64,000 nt of DNA from Lachnospiraceae bacterium (GTDB lineage Bacteria > Bacillota > Clostridia > Lachnospirales > Bianqueaceae), in NCBI GenBank assembly GCA_022794035.1, contig JAAWDX010000001.1:209936-273935 (forward strand), written 5' to 3'. The position numbers were made by a program, and so were the translations under genes. Numbering within the stretch: the stretch's first letter is position 1; every line of letters starts with the position of its first letter. The notes beneath the pieces were generated by a model. It was not told the DNA's origin, made no database searches, and saw only the letters and a program-made list of their open reading frames with translations. This document shows, piece after piece, positions 23,801-28,118 of the stretch.

Positions 23801-26800
23801 TTGACAATGCGCAGAACTGGAAGCATACGCTTGACAGTATCACGGCGAATACATTGATTCAGGTTAGCTGTGTGAAGCAGCCGGATGATGAGCCTCCGCT
23901 GATCTATTCCTATCAGATCGATACGCAGGCAACCAATGGTGTGATTACCGGCGGCGGTACAGTAACAGCAGGAACCGATCGCGAAATTACATGGGCTGCG
24001 GCGGATGGATGCAGCATCAAGAGTGTCATGCTGTATGAAATCAGCAGAGAAGATGGATCGCGCACCGAGATGGATATCTCAGATGCGGAAAATAACCGGT
24101 ACACGATTCAGAATATCGATGCAGACTATTTGGTTGTTTTGATCTGCGAGAATGAAATGCAAAGCGATGATGATTTCTTCTATGACATCTATACCCAAAT
24201 CACCAATGGTACAATCAATGGCCCGTTCCTTAATCTCAGGAAGGCTGATCAGGCGGTGGTGAGCTGGACGCCGGCAGAAGATTGCTATGTGAAGGCTGTA
24301 TTGGTCGATGGCAAGGCTGTGAGCATTCCGGCAGATCATCAGCTTGAGGTATTGGTAGAGGGTGATGACCATGTGGTGGAAGTCATCTGCGAGAAGAAAA
24401 AGCCGGTAGAAATTCCGGATGATGTAACGCCATATACGATTGAAACCTATATCTATGATGGTCTGGGCGAGATTACGCCTAAGACAGCAGCACTTCCTGG
24501 TTCGGATGTCACCGTGCAGTGGAAGGGCGATGCGAATAATCATTATAAGGTGGATCGAGTCTATGTAGACGGTAAGAGCATTGAGATTCCGTCAAATAAT
24601 ATGTTTACCTTTACAAATCTGGATCAGAACCACAAGATCGAAGTATACCTTGCGGAAAATCTGGTCAATGTAGAAGTAAGCTATGAAGGAAATGGCGAGG
24701 TTGTAAAATCTGGTACGGTATACTGGGGAGAAAACTTTGGTATCGTTCGCGGTTTGCCGAATGAGGGATACCGGCTGGAGAGCGTGATTTTGAATGGCAA
24801 GCTTCTGCAGCAGGGAGAGATCATCCCCGAGCTTCTTCCGGATCCGGATATGCCTTTGCCAGGAGAACCGACAGAGGAAGAGCAGCCGGCAGCGAGAATG
24901 CTCAGAAGAGCAGGACGCAGGCTGGCGGCGCCCACTGCGCTGCTTAGCGCAAGGGCAGAAGACTATACGAAATTCACGGAAAATGAGTTCCAGAATACAT
25001 TCTATTTCCGTGATGTAACGCAGCAGCAAAGCGTGAAATATGTCTTTGTAGATAATAATGGCACAAGTGATTATGCGCCTTATCAGGTTAACGTTGAGCT
25101 GGTCGACGGACGAGGAGAGCGGGAGGTTGCAAAGAATGTGGCCGCTGGCTCGGATACATCGATTGGCTGGACGCTCGATGAAGGATATTACGTAGATCAT
25201 ATCAGCGTAGTACGCAACAATCTGGAAAGCGATATCAATGATCTGGAGGATGCAAATCTGCAAGGCGATAGCCGTGTAGGGCTAACCAATGTGCAGGCCA
25301 ATACAACGGTTAAGGTTTATCTCAAACGCGGTACGCCACCGGATCCGCAGGATGCCAATGATTTCTCGCTTAGCATCGATGTAGTAGGTCCTGGAAGCAA
25401 CGATCCGGATATCCGTGTCTATGGTGCAGGCCGAGGCATGGCGGCCGGCGCGCATGAAGCCAGCTGGGCCGTTGGGGATCATAAGGTCACAATGGTGAAG
25501 GTGGATGGCGCAGTGCGCGAGGATTTGATTGGCAAGACCAGCACAGTGATTCAAATGAACCGAGAGGATGTTAAGCGCGATCATCATGTTATTGTATATT
25601 TGGATGGCGTGGTGCTGCCGGGTCTTGAAAAACAGGCAGGCGGCGGCGGAGCAACCGTTGGTGATGTGATTCCGTATACCATTAGCGTATGGAATGATAC
25701 CGATCAGGCGATCTGGGAAAATGTCACGCTGAGTGATGTGATTCCCGCAGGTCTGAAGGTGGATACAGCATCTATGAAGCTTTACAGGGTGAATGCGGAT
25801 GGCAGCAAAACGCAGATCACAAGCGTCCTGCCAGTATACGATGCTGCTACGCGCACGATCAGTGCTTCGCTGGGAGACATGACAAAGGCAGATAAGTTTG
25901 AGCTTGACTTTAATGCAGAGGTTGAGCCGGAAGCTGCCGGTCAGGATATTGGTAACGCGGTTAAGGCCGTGGGAACCAATTCAGGTACAACGGACCGGGA
26001 TCCGCAGCACATTGTGGAAGCGGTGACGGAGAAGGTATACCCTGGCGGTACGACCTCCGTGCTTCCGAAAGCGCCGGCTCCGCATCTGACGAAAACTGTT
26101 TCCAACAATAGCGCCCATCCAGAGCATACCCGTGTTGGCGATACACTGACCTATACGATCGATGCCTGGAACAGTGAGCCGGGGGCTGTTTGGAAGAATG
26201 TTAAGATCAAGGATGATGTTCCGGAAGGGCTAGAGGTTCTGGAAAGCAGTATAGAGCTGAGTGAAATCATTGGCAGCAGCAAGCTGCCGGCACCAGAGGA
26301 TCTGAGCGTTCAGTATGATGCTGTCAATCGAAGCCTTACGGTGAATTTGGGCGATGTGCAGTACAATCAGCATTATCAGATCAGCTTTAAGGTCTTGGTT
26401 CTGCCGGAGGCTGTTGGTAATGATATTGGTAACGTCGCTTTGGCGGCCGGTACGGCGCCTGATAAGACACCTGTCAGCGAGGAAACGGCTCCTGTGTACC
26501 CGAGCGATTTGGATAAACCGGATCAGGACGGCGTTTTGCCGGCTGCGCCGGCGCCGCTGGTGGAAAAGACGGCTCATAATCTGGACCGCACGGATGAGCA
26601 GAGCAAGGTCGGCGATACGATTGAGTATACGCTGACTGTGAAGAACACTAAGGCGGGCTCAACGTGGAAGGATGCTGTCCTGCGCGACCGGATTCCGGAG
26701 GGACTTGAACTGGATACTGCAAACATCGTTTTGCGGACACCGGACGGAGATATCACGCTGGATGCCGCGGTCTATGATGAGACCAGCCGAATCATTTCGG

Positions 26801-27693
26801 TGTATCTGGGAGACGTGACTTCGGAGCAGCCGTATCAGCTGGTATTTACGGCGAAGCTGGTGGGCAGTCCTCAGGATTATAATATTGGTAATATCGCATG
26901 GGCGAATGGTAAGGATCCTTCCTTGCCGGGCAGTGATCAGCCGACGCCTGGGGTCGATGAGAATACCGAGCCGGGTGACCCGTACTTCCCGCCGGAGGAC
27001 GACTGGGTGGATGAAGGCGGCCCGACGACGGAGAAGGTGTATCCGGATGAGAAGGACAGACCGCTGACACCAGGACCAAAGCTGACGAAGACGTCGCGCA
27101 ATCTGACGCATCCGGCCAGCAAGCTGGAAATTGGCGATGTGCTTGAATATGAGCTAGAGATTGCCAATACGCAGCTGGGTTCGGTATGGCGGAATGTGAC
27201 AGTTACCGATACGCTGCCTGAGCAGCTGGCACTGCAGCCTGATGGGTGGATGCTGATTCATCCGGATGGAACGGTAGAGCCGCTGCAGATTGAGAATATC
27301 TACGATGAGGAGACGCATAGCTTTACGGTTGTGCTTCCGGAGGCAGTTCTCACGGGAGGAACCTATTGGCTGCGGTATCAGATGGCGGTTTCTGGTGAAG
27401 GCTTGGGAGATGCGCCGGTGGTGGATATTACAAATAAAGCGACGGCGACTGGTACAGATATTGATGGTCATATCGTGGCGGTAGAAGCGGCTGACATCGT
27501 TCAGTATGAGAAACCAGCTGCGCCAGAAGAGCCTGCAGAGCCAAAACCACAGGAGCCGGAGAACAGCGGTTCCGGTGGAATTCAGACAGGCGATTCTGCG
27601 AATGCAGCGCCGTATCTGGTGGTGCTGCTGACAGCAGTTATCTTGCTTGCTGTGATTGTGATTCTGAGAGTGCAGAAGAGTAAGAAGAAATAA
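5881..27693 (+). CDS. Giant (7,270 aa) secreted, probably sortase-anchored cell-surface repeat protein / adhesin
   Basis: A single uninterrupted 21.8-kb ORF with a strong RBS. N-terminal signal peptide (KQIKKVMAMLLCAVMMLGDMSSVMTAGG...ALSAQ). Listeria-Bacteroides-repeat-like segments (e.g. FNRGAGSGTAPASQ...FVGWSY). Many ~90-aa modules with the signature (Y/H)TVTW.A..GY.V.SV.(V/I)(D/N)G. Four DUF11-type repeats. C-terminus ...PQEPENSGSGGIQTGDSANAAPYLVVLLTAVILLAVIVILRVQKSKKK, i.e. a sorting-like motif, a hydrophobic helix and a basic tail. Confidence 0.95.
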   Translation: MNGRHCKQIKKVMAMLLCAVMMLGDMSSVMTAGGIMPAALSAQLSSEEGSSDASAETAQDKLQFTAVPSYQPEEGEELPEGAQITYTYSWQYAERKYDRWGNEQELTEADWKTCVIGGEEKPDGTFNPFCTAAEQGVTAEDGSSVGRMLLVSVPDGIDRRTQLSKMTVRCVVGATVQDGEGNELEELSKTIVTNRTNIRMDAALLACDLTVTYTENTVLTVSAPDLSYEAVPAVANAPVDSDITYTYTWQYYDTSGWRGQWRDITYRNSPLKNAVVSDGTLMLTLPATIAERKKLDGLRVQCKVTATADGYTIGNSPTGFYEFGTVSVDSSLLQYGLLVRSDNTAAQIKDASDILSFKVTPALSGADASFNNYQYDWQYLDAEGNWTSISRSDENCPLRYATSTSGADSVLSMPLPENVDSRRALNQTKVRCVVSVNGVSPVNPPQVIGEEAVVEIAPELLTEFSLIMTASPSNSSRIDYPGQSMSIGYETAVDGLHADEAVIKYIWEYKAKGASVFQPLSAASGIFQGGVFSESGNSFSFNNTGSSNKANLKAMDGATIRCTAELYANGDAAANGDPYEISRSKEVTVSINEALISEYGQSSWLQNAWLEVDAINELNTFATGNEILTVRATARAEADEFNLPDGAIAGDYALGVDPNYGGGYQHVWEYRENGSEEWKPISTLESAVLDYITITDGTDDTENTSVLEIELPETYAGRMRLTGMSFRCISSAIATANHLSEVTRWGFISASTPDDAFTVLVNPKLLRSQASSTRRIIAFLTAEEAERYLADPENFDVSTAQQYDYTRSYLVEYFADGVREERAIANFPESVVAIYEYQVEKDIETVETKLGAVEIPVPWRFIVQNGKQYNLSSTKAEYRYDAVFAQIIPQWNAEELQKYIDEHPDPNALDYDEDDAVKWVIAAGLNGRFPHIKVCWNTELKGLANNADYVKYNGMYGASGSAEEKAKVAELAGAPNNPYWKQTYSDWFFKSNNEFNGDLPTAAQKAEGNNEAAAEAEQLAWLNAHYGTVKVMMDDVRSEESDPTPIVMELPVTWEKYTVDEYDTASQSMTARWMGGAAVANMQGARAPAAKWVWRAKIDAVEQGQYVLADAFRYTNIEANIYWSRVIDSIVGALISETDAATTSFVALSNAAQLSSKIPTALRVELKDANGGLNITDTITIDGSNWKLIEGSVYDASQQYHWRALNANAASIVDEVGTGSAAGFVAIEPTLSGYTFTENADTEMARVWYQWGTIITGLKKDGGADFDAIAAAKTPIIKVPTIGGTNQSAVTWGNLLTQLNKPFGVTLLDKSNTTGFKQSTITPSWTQPAYDATAPAGRIQPAAQFERPASGVVFGEDLVREFNGREPYGEISWNINPPSKTSGSTNFIKYNIVSNQPHVTGAAGQKTVYADKPWECYYTASSSPTVSQKTTNFGAQDVWQDAGESVKYMVKTSERGGGAFVEYSVTFRNDSTGTRYVGLSYGSDVMIHNNDRAPLTVTSNGIKMEEASGDMCQFNINTTTATAGISVSADGYWIGVYSGRQHWQSTVAGDGNKKINANGEAYVTGIDSGLTFSWVPQKHPLAPGESVTFTCQFGIGKMSEPPRIVPHYDSGSGRSTNVTLNGSNLDISAWVAGEAAYPLRLYYVLDEGLPTQQSEASLGNKVNAQGVVSAATFRGYSAAQQTAYFRTGTENHFVNITGTVEKPRDWVAGEYHSITVYGLSDAGLMTDSVRFPLYVDENEDGEEIFVEATDATVNFNRGAGSGTAPASQTAHMQEPIVLPKGDKLTPPSGQKFVGWSYTEDNGKTTIYPAENYFYVEKNPTTLTARYIPTSQTMYLVETYMQNANGDYEQEDTEVRIDTATSGNIVFTPDPMPGYTVNTSKSKLSVTRNDGAIVQVYYDINHYDVVYNLNGAPGGDENGIFKTVQVAYGGNVSGVPNAAALNAGQNNQFFRFRGWFENADPEDPGNIIDTDTVVDETTLDTIEPGGKLIAYAHWQPLGNAQATFDYNYQNHAQGASRSDKIALDPIVSESGRYGYSSKPRRLPATPSAWKDTEGKVYTFLEWRLVENGEMTETVVTKDTILPNYENVTIKALWTESYSVSRSSQGDGTIWDINDPAGGERSYAPGDTVDIRWRANPGSYVQHVYIDNVLSDDLIKNGGWHLEDIRENHSVYVVFGFGEGDSGIEEETTYNITATPVGGVAFDVPERGGTYKAQYGEDYTVKWRISPGYTLSSVTINGLPMDISESDNSYTFNNIHIDQEIKVTAVRGSGGISGGGTVNRGPYTISTKIGRGTEITPNQTVAYGDSSTITWKVPYGFVVDSVLINRVPLATPPQNNTYVFRNVTQNSSIIVMCKPDPSLPPDTIYVTTTIDDHGSITPTTPIGQLAKGDNHTVTWSADSGYYVSAVYIDNVLQKTDSGANKIFYSYTFTNLQTNHDVVVEVKPVESSGGDTPAPALHAITTSMENGGTIDKPGSVPNGSDVTVTWRMAPNHRVVGVYLDGELVDDYNAETNGNSYTLRNITAAHTLKVVCERVISDIDLTGKHIVTTTINLGASDGQKIVNDGESCTVSWTPPKGYHVSSLKVDGVEQSYVDGNSWTIDHVTKDITIAVTVEKDSEQNYKIAANIVNGGTVSGGGTVNVGKGAILRWTVADGFRVSDITIDGVSVSGIDLENDRSYSFPASQGAAGQTYQFNVICTPKLYYHVRPTGTGCENLSASADPYVGDAYTVSWKAAEGYRFKSVTINGTEVTPVLKDGVYSYTFDSSNTAANGTYQVEVLCDKIRSYTITTGRNSGGVVSASKTLYETDAEKSYTVTWSASSGYRVKAVTVDGMPYTGESYVFNYEDGKDVTLRVEFEPQKYYTVKAIGKNTGITAGNGTYTIDTDTTVKWTAPEGFVLSSVTIDGTEVTVAADQTEYTFDHTTGLTAGHTYEIIVTYVAEGAGGEEPEEPDQFYTVQTAGVFTRTISESAARKLGEDYLVLWTVLDGYQLQSVKVNGTAVTNYTAQLGGYSLLISGADKTADEVVTVEVICEKIQPGQPGGGGSVITPYSVYAYTNDAALGTVTPSAATLKEDGAEAAVKWDAKQYCHIVSVTVSDYPDRSNPVLLTEEQAAAGVYTFAYDDHTDKIVDVVFERDPQYAVSSAAAGNLGEGCTVTGSGVLKQAGDECTVSWTVSAGYRIESIVIADADGQNAQTLDAAAMARGSLTLRYADLSADRKVTVTYEKNTTGSAWRTVHAQVNDAAMGTVTPSVKSLTAAGSTCSIAWTANPGFRVRSVIVSNYPDGSDARALSREELAEGQYTFAYNDGKDQHVYVVFEQDPAYEISIIGVDGGAGSTVTGGKTLTASGQSHMVTWAAGAGYQVKSVVIANTDGTNTQTLSAEEAARNSYTFEYDTMTASRKVTVTFEKAIPSVYSVVTSVNDESMGWISPSADLYAEGAEYTVSWGAHEGYYVKSVTVNGADYTGNTYTFRYSGHQDAAVQVVYEKYPEFVISTEKVGGGANSSVRSGATLTRSGETYAVTWSADSAFKVDSVVITDAAQQVVKTLSETEIAAGKYTFAYDQMSSDQKLTVVFATDTSSGGGAGTLPYSVTTSVNDEAMGSIDPSATLRRPDAEYTVTWSAKSGYQVKSVTIDGQTYTRAEGNLPSSYTFKYNDHKDVAVSAMFEQEPQYVITTEQKGNGGAGSFVSDGAVLSQPGQAHTVTWFADEGFHVKSVVVSKPDGSDRITLDAAAIQLGSYTFTYEGVGASDRKLVVTFEKDEDTTPGGGGSIPATPYTVTTSVNDETMGTVSPSMTLKEAGATYEVTWSAHEGYYVKSVSIDGRGYAPGSYTFAYDEYKDVTVKVTFAPNQEYTASAVMVGGGAGSRVLPASGTLSESGDTHTVKWTADEGYKATSAVVTNAKGKVVWTCDETELAAGQYTFSYDEMTSDQTITVTFTKENADAQIYAINTSVNDAAMGWVSPSVTLRAAGESTITWGANTGYRVKKVTISDPDGGNAREASAEELTSSRFVFRYADKKDLALHVELEPIPSYEITVEKIGGGAKSTAEPASAVLSQTGDRQTVTWNADTGYHVESVVISRPDGSDRTVLDAAAIAAGSHTFTYASMGGSDRKITITFKKDETPGGLTAVPYSIGTSKIGSGIVTAPKTLYHEGETHVVAWTPEAGWHVAEVTINGVPYRGADNQIPTSYEFKYDDHRDAALIVTFAENDKRTITTVMSGVYGPGSRVSEGGTLKLDGQTHTVTWTAEEGYEVVSVTDSKPDGSDAKTVDAASGSYTYQYEALDSDRLLTVTFAKQEGTPVYSVITGVNDTAMGTVTSGATLKASGETAEIVWSAKPGYHVREVVYKLDGAVQADAPASPYTFRYDDGHDAELYVVFERNTGYTVNVNPVGSGTAANPKTMYGVGEQYEVWWKPNEGAELVSVTVSGYAPLGESKVLTADDWTYDAASGRYGYTFEYDKMAADATIDIVFKDKDYYYITTSAQNVQSITAAPEQCELTQSSTIQWVPAEGAVLQAIKIDGVSQAITDPNQTELIFTPDSPAANQIYLIEVIYELQTEEEPAQPEYRINVSKEGSGTVTGAGILRQEDADSENHAVTWTAAEGWHVSKVVVDRTRLSDEEAASGSYTVKYSELTGDVNIKVVFERDQIIAPPAEENRFTVSTEYEGNGTISNGATLSEGEEPYTVTWAAGDGWYVKSAQLIKTEDGTVIQSLDESSYLFSYEVGQNVTVKVVFEKEAQYSITAVIDAGGSISPAAATLRKGDAPAEIIWSISDSEKFSLKSVTINGTALSASEYTKADGSYGYTFVYDDLFAAGMPENIVLKVELDEAEQPAQPQQYLISTGITPSIAGTISAAAMVAENGSYIVTWNAKSDYRVTKIEVTENGTTRELTAADSGLYAFTNVTGNCSIMVSCEERSQIDLGGDERFYEIVTGINGGSMDDGKTVRSVREGDSYTVSWTPDPGSYVASVVVDGAQVPVCTEYTFNDISSDHTVQVTCLSMAVSEIYYVDVTPGSAIASGNCEVQVGTDHTVTWKPAAGEHIVSVTVNDQPVDIGNANTGGSYTITGAAKDEVFHVVITSEQNADTPEEEVYFDVAVTAKNCTVSGQTHVKAGESTTIAWEPEFGYEVKSIIIDDSARPVTLESFTFDAMSSDHSVIIVCERIGSEDPDPEAAYTISTRITDGGTITAPVTVSTPEEKQSQTIAWSAPEGFRVAQVKIDGVQRPELTEAGSVTFTDIAADHSVDVECRQIEKHTITVSNDNGTISAAPALVEDGGSSVVTWSGMAGFVLKSVQMNGISLSADAYTDHGDGSYSLTLQNVISDHVIVVEYEPDASLDPGNTKNYIYTHIDHGTITPTVTLTSAADRAYQKIEWTVAEGYRITRVLVDDQAVSAAGMVELTNIAGDHTVSVECEKIPAYTVATDAKNVTMITPTKTDIPEGSAHSVSWKHEDNLVLKVFKVDNVEVALAEGITSYEFTDVRENHTVYVEYGPQDEPEKPDKVEISVMVTNGTKTGGGTLNYGTKSHTVTWTPNAGYEVKSVIIDSVAMAEEQIKKTGDSLTFTDITGSHSIVVVCEIPKTGEDPEPDEKVYLEANIINGTFEPENEFGVYELEKGTDFEISWTPQEGYHVVSVKLDQVERPDLLADGRLKLIGISGDHVLTVECRDEEEEPNEGPFTITTSIDHGSISESFTTDEEHSSYTVSWTVDSRYEIVSVMVDGNPYANAADGYIDFNPIRANHTVDVRSQLKDQPVNTHVINVIVDNGGTHAVIVDGNPAEYVEDGGSAKATWQAADGYDVTRIVIDGVSYNSLPGCDAQKGEYTFNNVTKDHEIIVYTGKHVEKEPVYYGITILPHGDPSGLELSESLPSVLEGTEIAVTWKAKPGWQIDKVTRNNNIMSAADMAAGMTEDGFTFTVNANNDFVVYVSKQGPADDSFVTVTTEINSGWISNGGSVKKGSSFEVAWRPGDGYTVDQVTITDADGNKTVLTEGLDNAQNWKHTLDSITANTLIQVSCVKQPDDEPPLIYSYQIDTQATNGVITGGGTVTAGTDREITWAAADGCSIKSVMLYEISREDGSRTEMDISDAENNRYTIQNIDADYLVVLICENEMQSDDDFFYDIYTQITNGTINGPFLNLRKADQAVVSWTPAEDCYVKAVLVDGKAVSIPADHQLEVLVEGDDHVVEVICEKKKPVEIPDDVTPYTIETYIYDGLGEITPKTAALPGSDVTVQWKGDANNHYKVDRVYVDGKSIEIPSNNMFTFTNLDQNHKIEVYLAENLVNVEVSYEGNGEVVKSGTVYWGENFGIVRGLPNEGYRLESVILNGKLLQQGEIIPELLPDPDMPLPGEPTEEEQPAARMLRRAGRRLAAPTALLSARAEDYTKFTENEFQNTFYFRDVTQQQSVKYVFVDNNGTSDYAPYQVNVELVDGRGEREVAKNVAAGSDTSIGWTLDEGYYVDHISVVRNNLESDINDLEDANLQGDSRVGLTNVQANTTVKVYLKRGTPPDPQDANDFSLSIDVVGPGSNDPDIRVYGAGRGMAAGAHEASWAVGDHKVTMVKVDGAVREDLIGKTSTVIQMNREDVKRDHHVIVYLDGVVLPGLEKQAGGGGATVGDVIPYTISVWNDTDQAIWENVTLSDVIPAGLKVDTASMKLYRVNADGSKTQITSVLPVYDAATRTISASLGDMTKADKFELDFNAEVEPEAAGQDIGNAVKAVGTNSGTTDRDPQHIVEAVTEKVYPGGTTSVLPKAPAPHLTKTVSNNSAHPEHTRVGDTLTYTIDAWNSEPGAVWKNVKIKDDVPEGLEVLESSIELSEIIGSSKLPAPEDLSVQYDAVNRSLTVNLGDVQYNQHYQISFKVLVLPEAVGNDIGNVALAAGTAPDKTPVSEETAPVYPSDLDKPDQDGVLPAAPAPLVEKTAHNLDRTDEQSKVGDTIEYTLTVKNTKAGSTWKDAVLRDRIPEGLELDTANIVLRTPDGDITLDAAVYDETSRIISVYLGDVTSEQPYQLVFTAKLVGSPQDYNIGNIAWANGKDPSLPGSDQPTPGVDENTEPGDPYFPPEDDWVDEGGPTTEKVYPDEKDRPLTPGPKLTKTSRNLTHPASKLEIGDVLEYELEIANTQLGSVWRNVTVTDTLPEQLALQPDGWMLIHPDGTVEPLQIENIYDEETHSFTVVLPEAVLTGGTYWLRYQMAVSGEGLGDAPVVDITNKATATGTDIDGHIVAVEAADIVQYEKPAAPEEPAEPKPQEPENSGSGGIQTGDSANAAPYLVVLLTAVILLAVIVILRVQKSKKK
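12160..25600 (+). repeat. In-frame tandem array of ~85-95-aa InlB-B-repeat-like (Ig-fold) modules inside the giant gene
   Basis: The recurring pattern (Y..T....GG.(I/V)......V..G....(V/I).W.(A/P)..G(Y/F).(V/L).S(V/I).(V/I)(D/N)G.......YTF..(V/I)..(D/N)H.(I/V).V.) is visible throughout about 4,480 aa. That gives on the order of 50 modules if the period holds. This is a by-eye estimate, not a computed count. Confidence 0.8.
25650..27480 (+). repeat. Four DUF11 / 'conserved repeat domain'-type modules at the C-terminus of the giant protein
   Basis: Four paralogous ~130-150-aa blocks begin GDVIPYTISVWN, GDTLTYTIDAWN, GDTIEYTLTVKN and GDVLEYELEIAN. Each is followed by W(E/K/R)NV.(L/I/V).D.(I/V/L)P.(G/Q)L... 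and a later IGN(A/V/I) motif. Confidence 0.7.
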
Positions 27694-27700
27694 AAAGAAA

Positions 27701-27749
27701 GAAGGGCTTCCTTAGGCTGCCAAGCGGCAGCTAAGGAAGCCCTTCTTTT
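27701..27749 (+). terminator. Intrinsic terminator of the giant gene
   Basis: Long stem GAAGGGCTTCCTTAG(G)CTGCC / GGCAGCTAAGGAAGCCCTTC with loop AAGC, followed by TTTT (27746-27749), starting 8 nt after the stop codon. Confidence 0.85.
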
Positions 27750-28063
27750 GCATGTTGGCGGGGGCGTGAGAATGATTATCACCAACATGCAAATGGTGGA
27801 TTTGCACGCCGGAGGCAGCGCAGGAATGATTGACATGGACATGCAAACAGTGGATTTGCATGCCGAAGGGGGCGCAGGAATGATTGACATGGGCATGCAA
27901 ACAGTGGATTTGCATGTCGGAGGGGGCGCAGGAATGATTGCCGCCAACATGCAAACAGTGAATTTGCATGTCGAAGGACGTTCGGGAATGATTGACATGG
28001 ACATGCAAACAGTGAATTTGCATGTCGATAGGAACCCGGGAATGATTATCACCAACATGCAAA
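27746..28063 (+). repeat. Tandem array with a 54-bp period: 5 full and 2 partial units, each with the palindrome ATGCAAA-N7-TTTGCAT
   Basis: Unit starts (ATGCAAA) fall at 27787, 27841, 27895, 27949, 28003 and 28057, exactly 54 bp apart. An example unit is ATGCAAACAGTGGATTTGCATGCCGAAGGGGGCGCAGGAATGATTGACATGGGC. The array fills the whole gap between the two convergent terminators. Confidence 0.95.
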
Positions 28064-28099
28064 AACAAGCCCTTCCGCAAATAATGCGGAAGGGCTTGT
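28059..28099 (-). terminator. Intrinsic terminator of gyrA
   Basis: On the minus strand, the stem ACAAGCCCTTCCGCA / TGCGGAAGGGCTTGT (28065-28099) is followed by TTTTT. It lies 20 nt after the gyrA stop. Confidence 0.85.
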
Positions 28100-28118
28100 T
28101 ATAAACTTGCTTTCAATT

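Noticed and set aside
27746-28063. The possibility that the 54-bp array (and its sibling at 55721..55985) is a CRISPR array
   Set aside because: In array 1 the inter-palindrome segments are homologous to one another (shared GGAATGATT box), so they are not unique spacers. In array 2 the 'repeats' themselves are degenerate. The arrays have only ~5 units, and the window holds no cas genes or leader.
27582-28104. Three overlapping ORFs (158 aa and 122 aa on the minus strand, 118 aa on the plus strand) with 18-aa peptide repeats such as MQTVDLHxxGGAGMIDM
   Set aside because: They exist only because the 54-bp (18-codon) DNA repeat lacks stops in several frames. They start inside or next to terminator hairpins, have no SD, and sit between two convergent terminators.
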